A stretch of DNA of 64,000 nt, from positions 635,940 to 699,939 of the forward strand of contig NZ_VKLU01000005.1 in the NCBI RefSeq assembly GCF_007352635.1, written 5' to 3'. The position numbers and the translations under genes are program-made. Shown here piece after piece: positions 18,901 to 27,469 of the stretch; within the stretch, counting starts at the first letter, position 1, and every line of letters starts with the position of its first letter. The stretch is from Corallococcus sp. Z5C101001. Its GTDB lineage: Bacteria > Myxococcota > Myxococcia > Myxococcales > Myxococcaceae. The notes under the pieces were generated by a model, which worked only from the letters and a program-made list of their open reading frames with translations, ran no database searches and had not been told where the DNA came from.

Positions 18901-21113
18901 ACACGGAGAGCTTCGAGTCCGGCCTGTCTGCCTGGACGGTGTCGCAGAACCTCTCGTCCTCCGGTGACTTCTCGCTGTCTGGCACGCCGGCCAACCAGTA
19001 CGCGCACGGCCAGTCTCCATCCTCCGCGGCGGAGATCACCCTCACCAGCCCCTGGATGACGGTGGACGAAGCGCAGGACTTCACCATCAGCTACAAGTAC
19101 CGTCACTCCTTCGAGTACGACTTCAGCTACAACTACGCCTACGACGGCGCGGTGCTGGAGTTCACGGTCGACGGCATCGACTGGATCGACCCCTGGGATC
19201 TGTACCCGGTGGTGGACGCGGATCCGGGCTATGTGGCCGCCATCCAGCTGGGCGGCCAGAACCCCATCGAGGGCCGCGCCGCGATGGCGCGGGTGAGCGC
19301 GGGCTTCCCGGCCTTCACGGCGGCGAGCATCGACTTCGGTGACTTCTTCCCCAGCCTGGGCCTGAAGAACGTGCGCTTCCGCTTCCGCGTCGCCTCCGAC
19401 GTGGCCGTGGGTGGCTACGGTCTGGACGTGGATGACGTGAAGTTCACCGGCGCCACGGCCGTGTTCCCGTCGCAGGCCGACCAGGGCGCCACGCCCGGCG
19501 CTTGCAACGTGCGCCCGGTGGCCAACCCGGGCCCGGCGCAGGCCGTGGCCGAGGGTCGCATCGTCGGCGGCGTGTTCACGCGAACGACGGTCACCCTGAA
19601 CGGCTCCGGCAGCTTCGATCCGGACGCCGCCCCGGGCTCCGTGCTCACCTACAACTGGACGCAGGTGGGCGGCTACACGCCGGTGACGCTGACCGGCGCG
19701 AACACCGCGACGCCGAGCTTCGTGGCGAACGTGGACTATGACGACGTGCTCACCTTCCAGCTCGTCGTCACCGACGCGGCTGGCAAGACGAGCTTCCCGA
19801 AGACGGTGGACGTCAAGATCACCAACGTGAACCAGGTGCCGGTCGCCGTTGCCTCCGCGCAGGCCTCGGTGGACGAGCGTGACCCCACGCCGGTCGTCCT
19901 GGATGCCTCGGGCTCGTCGGATCCGGACCCGCTCGACAACGGCACCCTGACGTACTCCTGGGCGCAGACGGGCGGCACGCCCACCGTGACGCTGACCAAC
20001 GCCACCAAGGCGAAGGCCTCGTTCCTGGCGCCGGAAGTGACGGCGGACACGCAGCTGACCTTCACGGTCACCGTGACGGACAGCAGCGCCGCGAAGGCGA
20101 CGAAGTCCGTCGCCGTGACGGTGAAGAACGTGGACCGCGCTCCGGTGGCCAACGCCGGCGCGGACATCGCCGCGGACGCTCGCTCCACGGTGACGCTGTC
20201 GGGCTCCGGCTCGGATCCGGATGGCACGGCGGTCACGTACTTCTGGGAGCAGAAGGTCGGCCCCTCGGTGACCCTGACGGGTGCGGACACGGCGACGGCG
20301 AGCTTCACGGCGCCGGACGTCAGCGCCCCCACCGAGCTGACCTTCCAGCTCACCGTGTCCTCCGGTGGCCTGTCCACCACGGACCTGGTCAACGTCACGG
20401 TCCGCAAGGCGAACCGCCACCCGGTGGGCCAGGCTCCGGCCGCCATCGACGCGGACGAGGGCAGCAACGTGGAGCTGGACGCGTCCGGCATCACGGATCC
20501 GGATGGTGACGCCCTCACCTACGCCTGGATCCAGGTCGGTGGCCCCGCTGTGACGGCCACGGGCACGGATTCGGCCACGCTGAAGTTCACCGCGCCGGAG
20601 GTCCAGGTCGACACGGCCGTGGCCTTCAGCCTGACGGTGAAGGACTCGGACGGCGCCGTCGCCGGCCCGTTCGTCTACACGGTGAACGTGAAGCAGGTGA
20701 ACCAGGCGCCGGTCGCCAAGGCCCGCATCATCTCGGCCGTGCGTCCCGGTGAGCTGGTGAAGCTCGACGCCTCCACGTCCACGGATCCGGACCACGAGGC
20801 GCTGACCTACGCCTGGGCCCAGACGGGTGGCCCGTCCGTGACGCTCTCTGGCGCCGACACCGCCGAGGCCAGCTTCACGGCGAAGAAGTCCACGAACGCG
20901 GAGAACTACACCTTCACCGTGACGGTGAAGGACGCGGCCGGGGCCTCCAGCACCGCCGAGGTGAAGGTCGCCGTGGCGAAGTACGAGGAGCCGGTGACGG
21001 AGCAGCCGAAGGATGATGGCGGCTGCTCCTCCACGGGCGGCTCCGTGGGCGGCATGGCGCCGCTGATGGCGCTGTTCGCGGCCATGGCGCTCTCGCGCCG
21101 TCGCAAGGCGTAG
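15942..21113 (+). CDS. Secreted multidomain M36 (fungalysin-like) zinc metalloprotease: signal peptide, FTP/propeptide, PA domain, M36 catalytic domain (HEWGH), five tandem PKD/Ig-like domains and a C-terminal MYXO-CTERM sorting signal.
   Basis: A signal peptide (MRLREKLLTSLLLVPVAGTSAWA) is followed by a PA domain (FTGKVALIDRGTCNFVVKSLFAQQAGALATVIVNN). The zinc site is HEWGHYISNRL...EGWGDFHA. Five ~95-aa repeats of the pattern (NxAPVAxA...LDASGSSDPD...LTYxWxQxGGPxVTLxGAxTAxASFTAP) come next. The tail ...GGCSSTGGSVGGMAPLMALFAAMALSRRRKA matches the MYXO-CTERM pattern of Cys, a Gly-rich stretch, a TM helix and basic residues. Confidence 0.8.
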   Translation: MRLREKLLTSLLLVPVAGTSAWAKERSNFDAFLEQRDSRSLAVDTNTAVSRGLRIEHTEQRLGVPTFAWATQDGALSKSVIRAGMTAENAARAHLQTVADSYRLSRDDVSGASLRAMHNTGKGAIVATFNQTVNGIPVFRNELKVIMGQDLRLVAVSGYLAPSELTLTARTKSRGAFQLSAADAVSGAFKDLTGSGTQATSFINAGTQGDYTYFELSPGAKSTLAQDLAVPARARQVFFTMSGALEPAWYVEVNAGPKAARSSQYFSYVVSAATGAVLFRNDLTVDAAGTPFTYKVWADTTSPFIPEDGPQGNDATPHPTGTRDGFQIPLNRPAHDITLANSPYSQNDPWLPANATQTTGNNVDAYADLSAPDGFQPNSADIRAETTSANTFAYVYDTTKAPGSSPQQIKASVVNLFYVNNFLHDWFYDSGFDEASGNAQSYNFGRGGAESDPIQAQAQDYGGRNNANMSTPADGASPRMQMYVFDGTPELSVTAPATLAGVYEAASASYGKQAYDMTGDLKAAPTTNPLGCAAFDAGYFTGKVALIDRGTCNFVVKSLFAQQAGALATVIVNNAPGSPGAMAGNGTDDAKVTTPSLMITQAAGAAWKAGLATGPVSVKFLREPNQDRDGTLDNGIIAHEWGHYISNRLIGNAAGLSNNQGRSMGEGWGDFHAMLMQVRASDVTKPGNNNWQGVYSTAGYVSSGGKNQGYYYGIRRLPYSTDMSKNGYTFKHISNYTALPADSNSTRVDINSEVHNSGEVWATMLWECYASLLNAHPFPEAQDRMKRYLVAAYKATPNAPTYTEARDAVLAVAQANDPADYSRFVAAFAKRGMGFGAKSPDRSVFDHLGVVESFSSGGNLEVVSVQLDDSVSGCDQDGILDVGEQGRLKLVVRNTGGGGLSAFTGTVSTSSSTATLAFPAGNTVSVPALSRGAQTTLSIPVSLTAVSGANARAGLKVVFDSTEIPTAAKTVTYDPRVNYDNVPAVSNTESFESGLSAWTVSQNLSSSGDFSLSGTPANQYAHGQSPSSAAEITLTSPWMTVDEAQDFTISYKYRHSFEYDFSYNYAYDGAVLEFTVDGIDWIDPWDLYPVVDADPGYVAAIQLGGQNPIEGRAAMARVSAGFPAFTAASIDFGDFFPSLGLKNVRFRFRVASDVAVGGYGLDVDDVKFTGATAVFPSQADQGATPGACNVRPVANPGPAQAVAEGRIVGGVFTRTTVTLNGSGSFDPDAAPGSVLTYNWTQVGGYTPVTLTGANTATPSFVANVDYDDVLTFQLVVTDAAGKTSFPKTVDVKITNVNQVPVAVASAQASVDERDPTPVVLDASGSSDPDPLDNGTLTYSWAQTGGTPTVTLTNATKAKASFLAPEVTADTQLTFTVTVTDSSAAKATKSVAVTVKNVDRAPVANAGADIAADARSTVTLSGSGSDPDGTAVTYFWEQKVGPSVTLTGADTATASFTAPDVSAPTELTFQLTVSSGGLSTTDLVNVTVRKANRHPVGQAPAAIDADEGSNVELDASGITDPDGDALTYAWIQVGGPAVTATGTDSATLKFTAPEVQVDTAVAFSLTVKDSDGAVAGPFVYTVNVKQVNQAPVAKARIISAVRPGELVKLDASTSTDPDHEALTYAWAQTGGPSVTLSGADTAEASFTAKKSTNAENYTFTVTVKDAAGASSTAEVKVAVAKYEEPVTEQPKDDGGCSSTGGSVGGMAPLMALFAAMALSRRRKA
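19520..20990. repeat. Five tandem in-frame PKD/Ig-like domain repeats (about 290 nt each) inside the M36 protease gene.
   Basis: Repeated protein blocks end in ...VTVKNV / VNVKQV / VDVKITNV and each carries SGSxDPD and LTYxW motifs. The similarity extends to the nucleotide level. Confidence 0.6.
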
Positions 21114-21145
21114 AGCGTCGTCCAGTCCTGAAGCCCTGAAGTAAC

Positions 21146-21187
21146 GGGGGGCGGTCCTCACGATGAGGGCCGCCCCCTTCTTCGTTT
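21146..21187 (+). terminator. Rho-independent terminator downstream of the M36 protease gene.
   Basis: A 13-bp stem (GGGGGCGGTCCTC / GAGGGCCGCCCCC, one mismatch) with a 5-nt loop (ACGAT) is followed by TTCTTCGTTT. Confidence 0.6.
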
Positions 21188-21232
21188 CCACCGGGCATCC
21201 CCGGTGGCGGACGCGGTAGGCTCCCGCGCCTC

Positions 21233-21628
21233 ATGGCACGCACGTTCCAGGTGGGAGACACCTTCACCCACGTCCGCCAGTGCGACCGGCTGAGGCCGGT
21301 GTATTACGCGGGCGCTTCCGGGGACTACAACCCCATCCACATCGACCCGGAGGTGGGCCGACTCGCCGGCTTCAACGGCGTCATCCTCCAGGGACTCTGC
21401 ACCCTGGGCTGGGCCGTGGAGGCCGTGGCCGTCTTCGTGGGCGACCCAGGCCTCGTGCGCCGCGTGAAGGTGCGCTTCTCCCGGCCCGTGCTGCCCGAGG
21501 ACACCGTCACCTTCCAAGGCCGCGTCACCGCCGTCGCGGACGGACGGATGAGCACCGAAGTCACCGCCACCAACCAGCGCGGCGAGCCCGTCCTCCGGGG
21601 CGCCGTCGTGGAAACCTCGCTCGGATAG
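21233..21628 (+). CDS. MaoC-like (R)-specific enoyl-CoA hydratase/dehydratase, the catalytic hotdog subunit.
   Basis: The hydratase-2 motif GASGDYNPIHIDPEVGRLAGF is present in a single hotdog fold of 131 aa. Confidence 0.8.
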   Translation: MARTFQVGDTFTHVRQCDRLRPVYYAGASGDYNPIHIDPEVGRLAGFNGVILQGLCTLGWAVEAVAVFVGDPGLVRRVKVRFSRPVLPEDTVTFQGRVTAVADGRMSTEVTATNQRGEPVLRGAVVETSLG

Positions 21629-21630
21629 CC

Positions 21631-22113
21631 ATGGCCCTGGACCCGAAATTCGTCGGCCGCGCCTACGGCCCCTTCACCTACGAGATTGGCCGGGAGAAGC
21701 TGCGCGAGTTCTCCCTCCTCCTCGGAGGCTCCGTGCCCTCCGCGGGCACCTTCGGCGAGCCCCCCGCCCATGTCAGCCCCCTGCTCTATTCGCGGGAAGC
21801 CGCGCAGGCGGGCCCCTACGGCGACATCATCGCCTTCCCCAGCTTCGCGGTGGTCTTCGCCATCCGCCCCTTCAGCGCCGCCATCGCGGACCCGGAGCTG
21901 GGCGTGGACCGCGTGCGGCTGGTGCACGGCGAACAGGAGCTGGAGTTCCTGGGCGTGATGCGCCCGGGCGACGTGCTCACCACCACGGGCCACATCACCG
22001 AGCTGTATCGCAAGGCCGGGATGGACTTCCTCGTCGTCACCACGGAGACCCGCAACGCCAGCGGCGAGCCCGTGGTGCGCGGCGTGTGGACCGCTGTCAT
22101 CCGCTCCGCGTGA
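21631..22113 (+). CDS. MaoC-associated hotdog-fold protein (HadA/HadC-like non-catalytic partner, N-terminal hotdog type).
   Basis: The gene starts 2 nt after the MaoC stop. Hotdog-like sequence (VRLVHGEQELEFLGVMRPGDVLTTTGHITEL) lacks the DxNPxH motif. This resembles the paired-subunit dehydratase arrangement. Confidence 0.6.
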   Translation: MALDPKFVGRAYGPFTYEIGREKLREFSLLLGGSVPSAGTFGEPPAHVSPLLYSREAAQAGPYGDIIAFPSFAVVFAIRPFSAAIADPELGVDRVRLVHGEQELEFLGVMRPGDVLTTTGHITELYRKAGMDFLVVTTETRNASGEPVVRGVWTAVIRSA

Positions 22114-22126
22114 CGGCAGGCGCGGC

Positions 22127-22918
22127 CTACTCGCCGGGGGCGATGATGCCCTCGTCGAGCAGCTGCGCGAGGATGCGCGCGGTGTCCAGGCGCGACATGC
22201 CCGACAGCGCGAAGAGGTCGTCGAAGCTCACCGCGCCGTCGATTTGAGCGAGCACGAAGCCCGCGCGGTGGTCCAGGTTGAGCCAGATGATGTCGTCCGG
22301 CTGCAACCGCACGCGCGGCATGCGGTTCAGGTCGCCCAGGCGGGCCTCCAGCATGGACACCAGGATGCGCTCGCTGCGGTCGCGCAGCGCCTCCACGCGG
22401 GGATTCTCCGGCGCCAGGGACTGCGCCCGGCGCAGCAGCTCCACCGCGCCGGAGTGGTCGTCCAGCGACAGCAGGTCCTCCGCTCCCCGGAGCAGGCTCT
22501 CCACCTCCGAGCCCTCGGGCAGGACGCCCACGGGCACGAAGGTCTCCGGGAGGCCGAACTCCTGCGTGCGGTGGGCCTCCGCGATGAGGTCCAACGCGTC
22601 GCCTCGCGTCCCCGTCCCCTCCGGCAGGCTCACCGAGTCGCGCAGCGGCTCCACGGGGCTGGGCGACGACGGGCCCACCCATGCCCCCCAGTCCGCTTCC
22701 TGGTCGGGGGCCGCGAGGTTCCACCCGGACTCCCCGGGCCCCGGGTTCGCGCCCGCGGTCTCCGGAGCGCCGTCCCGCCCGAGGAGCCGGCGCGCGCGCG
22801 CGTTGTCCGGGTCCAGCTCCAGGGCCCGGACGAACAGCTTCTCCGCGCCGGCCATGTCGCCACTCAGTCGCAACAGCAACCCGGCTTCGACCAGCGCCTT
22901 GGCCCGGAGGGCGTTCAT
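22127..22918 (-). CDS. TPR-repeat protein, third gene of the Hsp70 operon.
   Basis: An N-terminal TPR-like helix pair (AKALVEAGLLLRLSGDMAGAEKLFVRALELDPDNARARRLL) is followed by an acidic linker and a C-terminal conserved region. Confidence 0.5.
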   Translation of the reverse strand: MNALRAKALVEAGLLLRLSGDMAGAEKLFVRALELDPDNARARRLLGRDGAPETAGANPGPGESGWNLAAPDQEADWGAWVGPSSPSPVEPLRDSVSLPEGTGTRGDALDLIAEAHRTQEFGLPETFVPVGVLPEGSEVESLLRGAEDLLSLDDHSGAVELLRRAQSLAPENPRVEALRDRSERILVSMLEARLGDLNRMPRVRLQPDDIIWLNLDHRAGFVLAQIDGAVSFDDLFALSGMSRLDTARILAQLLDEGIIAPGE

Positions 22919-22921
22919 GGG

Positions 22922-24769
22922 CTACCTCCCCGGTGTTCCGCGCGGTCCGGCCGAGCGCAGCAGCGGCAGGCTCTGGGCGAGCGCCTCGCAGGCCCGGGTG
23001 AGCGCCCCCACGTCCTCGGCGGCGCGCGCCTGGCGCGCGTGGGCCAGGGCGGCCTCCGCTTGGGCGACGACGTCGGGGGACAGCCCTCCGGCCCCGGGCA
23101 GGAGCCGGACTCGGGAGAGCGCGTCCACCAGGTCACGGGCCAGGATGTCCAGCTCCACGCGCTTCGACTTCAGCTCTTCCGTGTTGCGCGCCGCCACCAG
23201 CCAGTCGCGCTGCTCGTCCATGATGCGGCGCAGCTCGTCCTCGGTGAGGCCGCTGGAGGCGGTGACGGTGATGGACTGGCGCAGGCCCGTGTCGCGGTCC
23301 CGCGCGGAGACGGAGACGATGCCCTCCGCGTTGATGTCGAACGTCACCTCGATCTCCACCTGTCCGCGCGGCGCCTCGCGCAGGCCGGTGAGGAGGAACT
23401 CCCCCAGGAGCTCGTTGTGGTGCGCCAGCTCGTGCTCGCCCTGGAGCACCATGATCTTCACCGTGCGCTGGAAGTCCTTGGAGGTGGCGAACACCTCCGT
23501 GGCGGACGTGGGCACGGTGGTGTTGCGCGGAATCAGGCGGCGCACGTAGCCGCCCGCGATCGCCACGCCCATGCTCTGGGGGGTGACGTCCAGCAGCAGC
23601 AGCTCTCCCTCCTGGGCCACCAGGGCGTGCGCCTGAATGGCGGCGCCCAGGGCCACCACCTCCTCGGCGTGCACGCCCTTGCAGGGCTCGCGGCGGAAGT
23701 ACTGGCGCACCTGATCCACGATGCGAGGCATGCGCGACATGCCCCCCACGAGGATGACCTCCTTCAGCTCCGAGGGGCGCACCTTCGCCTCGCCCAGCAC
23801 CTCCGACGTGATGCCTACCAGGCGCTCGCCCAGGTCCGCCGTCAGGTCCTCCAGCTTCTCTCGGGTGAGCGTGCTCTGCAGGTGCAGCGCGGCGCCTCCG
23901 CCCGGCGGGGTGCAGATGAAGGGCAGGTGCAGCTGCGTCTCCTTCACCGACGACAGCTCCACCTTCGCCTTCTCCGCGGCGTCCTTCAGCCGCTGGAGCG
24001 CCATCCGGTCCTTGCGCAGGTCGATGCCGTGTTCCTTGGCGAAGCCGAAGACCATCCACTCGATGATGCGGTGGTCCCAGTCCTCGCCGCCCAGGAAGGT
24101 GTCCCCGCCGGTGGCCACCACGTCGAAGATGCCGTTGTTGATCTCCAGCACCGACACGTCGAAGGTGCCGCCGCCCAGGTCCAACACGGCGATCTTCCCG
24201 TTCACCGTGCGCCCGAAGCCGTACGCCAGCGCCGCCGCGGTGGGCTCGTTGATGATGCGCAGGACCTCCAGCCCCGCGATGCGGCCCGCGTCCTTGGTGG
24301 CCTGCCGCTGCCCGTCGTTGAAGTAGGCGGGCACGGTGATGACGGCCTGGGTGACGGGCCGGCCGAAGTGCGCCTCCGCGTCCGCCTTCAGCTCCGCGAG
24401 GATCATCGCGCTGACCTCCGGGACGGCCAGGTCGCGGCCCGCCAGCCGGATGCGCACGTCGTCGTGCTGGCCGCACACCACCTGGTACGTCAGCGCGCGC
24501 AGCGCGTCCTGCACCGGGTGCGAGGAGAACTTGCGGCCGATGAGCCGCTTCGCCGCGGACACCGTGTCCTGCGGGTTGGTGATGGCCTGGCGCTTGGCGA
24601 TGCCGCCCACCAGGCGCTTGCCGTTCTTCGACACCGCCACCACGGACGGAGTGAGGGGGGCGCCGGTGCGGTTCTTGATGATGAGGGGCTGACCGTCCTG
24701 CACGGTGGCGACGAGGCTGTTCGTCGTCCCCAGGTCGATGCCAATCAGCGGTTCGGGCTCAGCAGCCAT
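22922..24769 (-). CDS. Hsp70-family chaperone, HscC-like atypical DnaK paralogue.
   Basis: The product [15 protein letters not shown]...LTPSVVAV...[14 protein letters not shown]... carries Hsp70 ATPase-domain phosphate and connect motifs. The substrate-binding region is shortened, as in HscC. Confidence 0.85.
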   Translation of the reverse strand: MAAEPEPLIGIDLGTTNSLVATVQDGQPLIIKNRTGAPLTPSVVAVSKNGKRLVGGIAKRQAITNPQDTVSAAKRLIGRKFSSHPVQDALRALTYQVVCGQHDDVRIRLAGRDLAVPEVSAMILAELKADAEAHFGRPVTQAVITVPAYFNDGQRQATKDAGRIAGLEVLRIINEPTAAALAYGFGRTVNGKIAVLDLGGGTFDVSVLEINNGIFDVVATGGDTFLGGEDWDHRIIEWMVFGFAKEHGIDLRKDRMALQRLKDAAEKAKVELSSVKETQLHLPFICTPPGGGAALHLQSTLTREKLEDLTADLGERLVGITSEVLGEAKVRPSELKEVILVGGMSRMPRIVDQVRQYFRREPCKGVHAEEVVALGAAIQAHALVAQEGELLLLDVTPQSMGVAIAGGYVRRLIPRNTTVPTSATEVFATSKDFQRTVKIMVLQGEHELAHHNELLGEFLLTGLREAPRGQVEIEVTFDINAEGIVSVSARDRDTGLRQSITVTASSGLTEDELRRIMDEQRDWLVAARNTEELKSKRVELDILARDLVDALSRVRLLPGAGGLSPDVVAQAEAALAHARQARAAEDVGALTRACEALAQSLPLLRSAGPRGTPGR

Positions 24770-24784
24770 GGGGACGCATGCACC

Positions 24785-26116
24785 TCACGAGAACGTCCAA
24801 CGCAGCTTCTTGAGGGCCGCGCGGGCCTCGGCGTTGTCCGGATCCAGGCGCACGGCCTCCTCGAAGTGGTGCTTGGCCTGCTTCTTCTGCCCCGCGACCA
24901 GGAGCACCTGCGCGAGCAACAGCTGGTAGTCCGCCCGGCCGGGCTTCAGCTCCACCGCGCGCTGCGCGAGCGCCCGCACCTCCTGCGGATCCTGCGCCAG
25001 CTCCCGCCCCACGCGCGCGGCCTGATAGGAGGCCTCCGGGTGGTCCCCGTTGAGCGACACGGCCAGCTTGTAGGCCGCCTGCGCGCCGCTGAAGTCCCCT
25101 CGCATCTCCAGCTCCTGCCCCCGCTCCACCTCGGTCTGGGCGCGGTGCAGGTCGTGCTTGCGGCGCGCGTCCACCAGGAGCGAGGCGACCTCGCGGTTCT
25201 TCGGATCCAGGCCCAGGACGTGGTTGAAGTCCTGGTAGGCCCGCTCGAAGTCCCCGCGCGCGGTGGCCGCCTTGCCCCGGGCGATGAGCTCCGTGAGCTT
25301 GTGGCTGCGCGCCATGTACGGGTGGCGCGCGAAGCGGGCCTGCCGCTCGGCTCGGCGGGCCTCGGACTCCGGGTCCTCCGGGGCGGGCGGAGGGGGCTCG
25401 GCGGGAGGCGGCGGGGTGACGGCCGCGAAGGACTCCGCCGTGGGACGCCGGCCTGGAACCGGGGGCGCGGGAGGGGCCGGGCGCGCGGCCTGCGGCGGAG
25501 GGGCGGCCTGCGGCGGGGCCGCGGCGGGCGGGCGCGGCGGCTCCTGGCGACTGAGGGCGTTGTGGGCGTCCGTGAGGCGCTTGAAGATGCGCTCCAGCCG
25601 CGCGCGGAAGCTGCCCAGGTTCTTGCCGAAGTAACGGTCCGGGTGGAAGCGGCGGGACGCGTTGTAATAGGCCTGCTTCACCTCCTGCGCGGTGGCGCCC
25701 CGGGGCACGCCCAGCACGGCGTGGTGGTCCATCCCGTCCAGCGAGCGCTCCAGGTCGATGATCTCGCGCTTCTGCTCGGGCTCCAGGTCCACTTCCTCGG
25801 CCATCGCGGCATCCAGCGAGGGCGCGGCGGGCGTGGCGCGTTGCACCACGCGGGCCGGGACGATGGCGCCCTTGGCGCGCAGGGAGAGCAGCACGGCGAT
25901 GGTGCGGGCCTCGCCCAACGACGAGCGGGACAGCACCGCGTCGATGCGTTCGACGCGGCCCACCAGCGCCAGCACCGAGCCCTCCTCCGGACTGAGGTGG
26001 AGGCGGGCCGGATCCAGGTGGGGCACGGTCGCGATGTGGTCGGTCCTGCCCCCCAGGCCGACGATGGGGTTGGGCGCGCTCAAGGTCACACGTTCCGGAG
26101 GCTGGCGAATCCCCAA
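24785..26116 (-). CDS. J-domain protein with C-terminal TPR repeats, the co-chaperone partner of the adjacent Hsp70.
   Basis: The J domain DHHAVLGVPRGATAQEVKQAYYNASRRFHPDRY has the HPD motif. A Pro-rich linker is followed by at least four TPR repeats ending in ...AEARAALKKLRWTFS. Confidence 0.75.
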   Translation of the reverse strand: MGIRQPPERVTLSAPNPIVGLGGRTDHIATVPHLDPARLHLSPEEGSVLALVGRVERIDAVLSRSSLGEARTIAVLLSLRAKGAIVPARVVQRATPAAPSLDAAMAEEVDLEPEQKREIIDLERSLDGMDHHAVLGVPRGATAQEVKQAYYNASRRFHPDRYFGKNLGSFRARLERIFKRLTDAHNALSRQEPPRPPAAAPPQAAPPPQAARPAPPAPPVPGRRPTAESFAAVTPPPPAEPPPPAPEDPESEARRAERQARFARHPYMARSHKLTELIARGKAATARGDFERAYQDFNHVLGLDPKNREVASLLVDARRKHDLHRAQTEVERGQELEMRGDFSGAQAAYKLAVSLNGDHPEASYQAARVGRELAQDPQEVRALAQRAVELKPGRADYQLLLAQVLLVAGQKKQAKHHFEEAVRLDPDNAEARAALKKLRWTFS

Positions 26117-26176
26117 GTGTAGGTGTCCGGGAAGCAGGGCGTCAATCTTCCCGGGTCCATCATGCCCCTCCCCCTT

Positions 26177-27460
26177 CTACAGAGAGGCCAATACACGCTG
26201 GAGGATGCCCAGCGCTTCGTCCAGTTCGTTCTGGGAGATGATGAGCGCCGGGGCGAAGCGCAGCGTGACTTCGCCCGCCGAGTTCACCAGCAGTCCGGCA
26301 TCGCGCAGCTTCGCGATGACGGGGGCCACCTCCCGGTCCAGCTCGATGCCCAGGAGCAGGCCGCGGCCTCGCACGGCCTGGATGCGGCCCTGCGGCAGGG
26401 CGGCCTGGAGCGCCCGGGCGCCGGCGAGGAAGTGCTCTCCCTTGGCCTGCACCTCCGCCAGCAGGCCGGGCTGCCGCAGCAGCCGCAGCACCACGTTGGC
26501 GGCGGCGGCGGAGACCAGGTTGCCGCCGAAGGTGGTGCCGTGGGTGCCGGGCGTCAGGCTCCTGGCCAGCTCCTCGCGGCACAGCATGGCGCCCATGGGC
26601 AGGCCGTTGCCCAGGGCCTTGGCGACGCTGATGGCGTCCGGCTGGATGCCGTCGTGCATGAAGCCGAAGGGCAGGCCGGTGCGCCCCATGCCCGTCTGCA
26701 CCTCGTCCACGAGCAGCAGCAGGCCCTGCTCGTCGCACAGCGCGCGCAGGCCCTGGAGGAAGCCGGGGGGCGCCATGCGCACGCCGCCTTCGCCCTGGAT
26801 GGGCTCCACCAGGATGGCGGCGGTGGCGGGGCCCACGGCGCGGCGCACCGCCTCCAGGTCGCCGTAGGGCACGTGCTTGAAGCCCTGGGGCAGCGGCTCG
26901 AAGCCGGCGTGGTACTTCGGCTGGCCGGTGGCGGTGACGGTGGCCAGCGTGCGGCCGTGGAAGCTCTTCTCGAAGGAGAGGACCTCGTAGCGCTCCGGCG
27001 TACCCCGGTCCTTCATCACCTTGCGCGCGAGCTTGAGGAGCGCCTCGTTGGCCTCCGCGCCGGAGTTGCAGAAGAACGCGCGCGGCAGGCCCACCCAGTC
27101 GGTGAGCTGCGCGGCCAGGTCGATCTGCGGCTGCGAGTAGAAGACGTTGGACACGTGCCAGAGCGTGTCCAGCTGCGCCTTCGCCGCCGCGACCACCTCC
27201 GGGTGGCAGTGGCCCAGGGCGCACACCGCGATGCCGCCGATGCAGTCCAGGTACGCCTTGCCATCCGCGTCCCACACCCGGGTGCCCTGCCCACGCACCA
27301 GGGCGATGGGCTGCTGCTTGTAGTTCTGCAGCAGGTGCTGCTTGGCCTTCTGGATGAGGGTGTCGTTGCCAGGAGGGGTGGACGCGGGAGACGGCGACGG
27401 TTGCGGCAAGGTGGTGTACCTCACGATTCTTGGGTGACGCGGTGGGACAACGCGGCGCAC
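26177..27460 (-). CDS. argD: Acetylornithine aminotransferase (class-III PLP aminotransferase).
   Basis: GGIAVCALGHCHP, LLLVDEVQTGMGRTG and AKALGNGLPMGA (the PLP lysine region) are present. The GTG start at 27460 gives a ~35-aa N-terminal extension relative to typical ArgD, so the true start may be an internal TTG or GTG. Confidence 0.8.
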   Translation of the reverse strand: MRRVVPPRHPRIVRYTTLPQPSPSPASTPPGNDTLIQKAKQHLLQNYKQQPIALVRGQGTRVWDADGKAYLDCIGGIAVCALGHCHPEVVAAAKAQLDTLWHVSNVFYSQPQIDLAAQLTDWVGLPRAFFCNSGAEANEALLKLARKVMKDRGTPERYEVLSFEKSFHGRTLATVTATGQPKYHAGFEPLPQGFKHVPYGDLEAVRRAVGPATAAILVEPIQGEGGVRMAPPGFLQGLRALCDEQGLLLLVDEVQTGMGRTGLPFGFMHDGIQPDAISVAKALGNGLPMGAMLCREELARSLTPGTHGTTFGGNLVSAAAANVVLRLLRQPGLLAEVQAKGEHFLAGARALQAALPQGRIQAVRGRGLLLGIELDREVAPVIAKLRDAGLLVNSAGEVTLRFAPALIISQNELDEALGILQRVLASL

Positions 27461-27469
27461 GCTAGCGCG

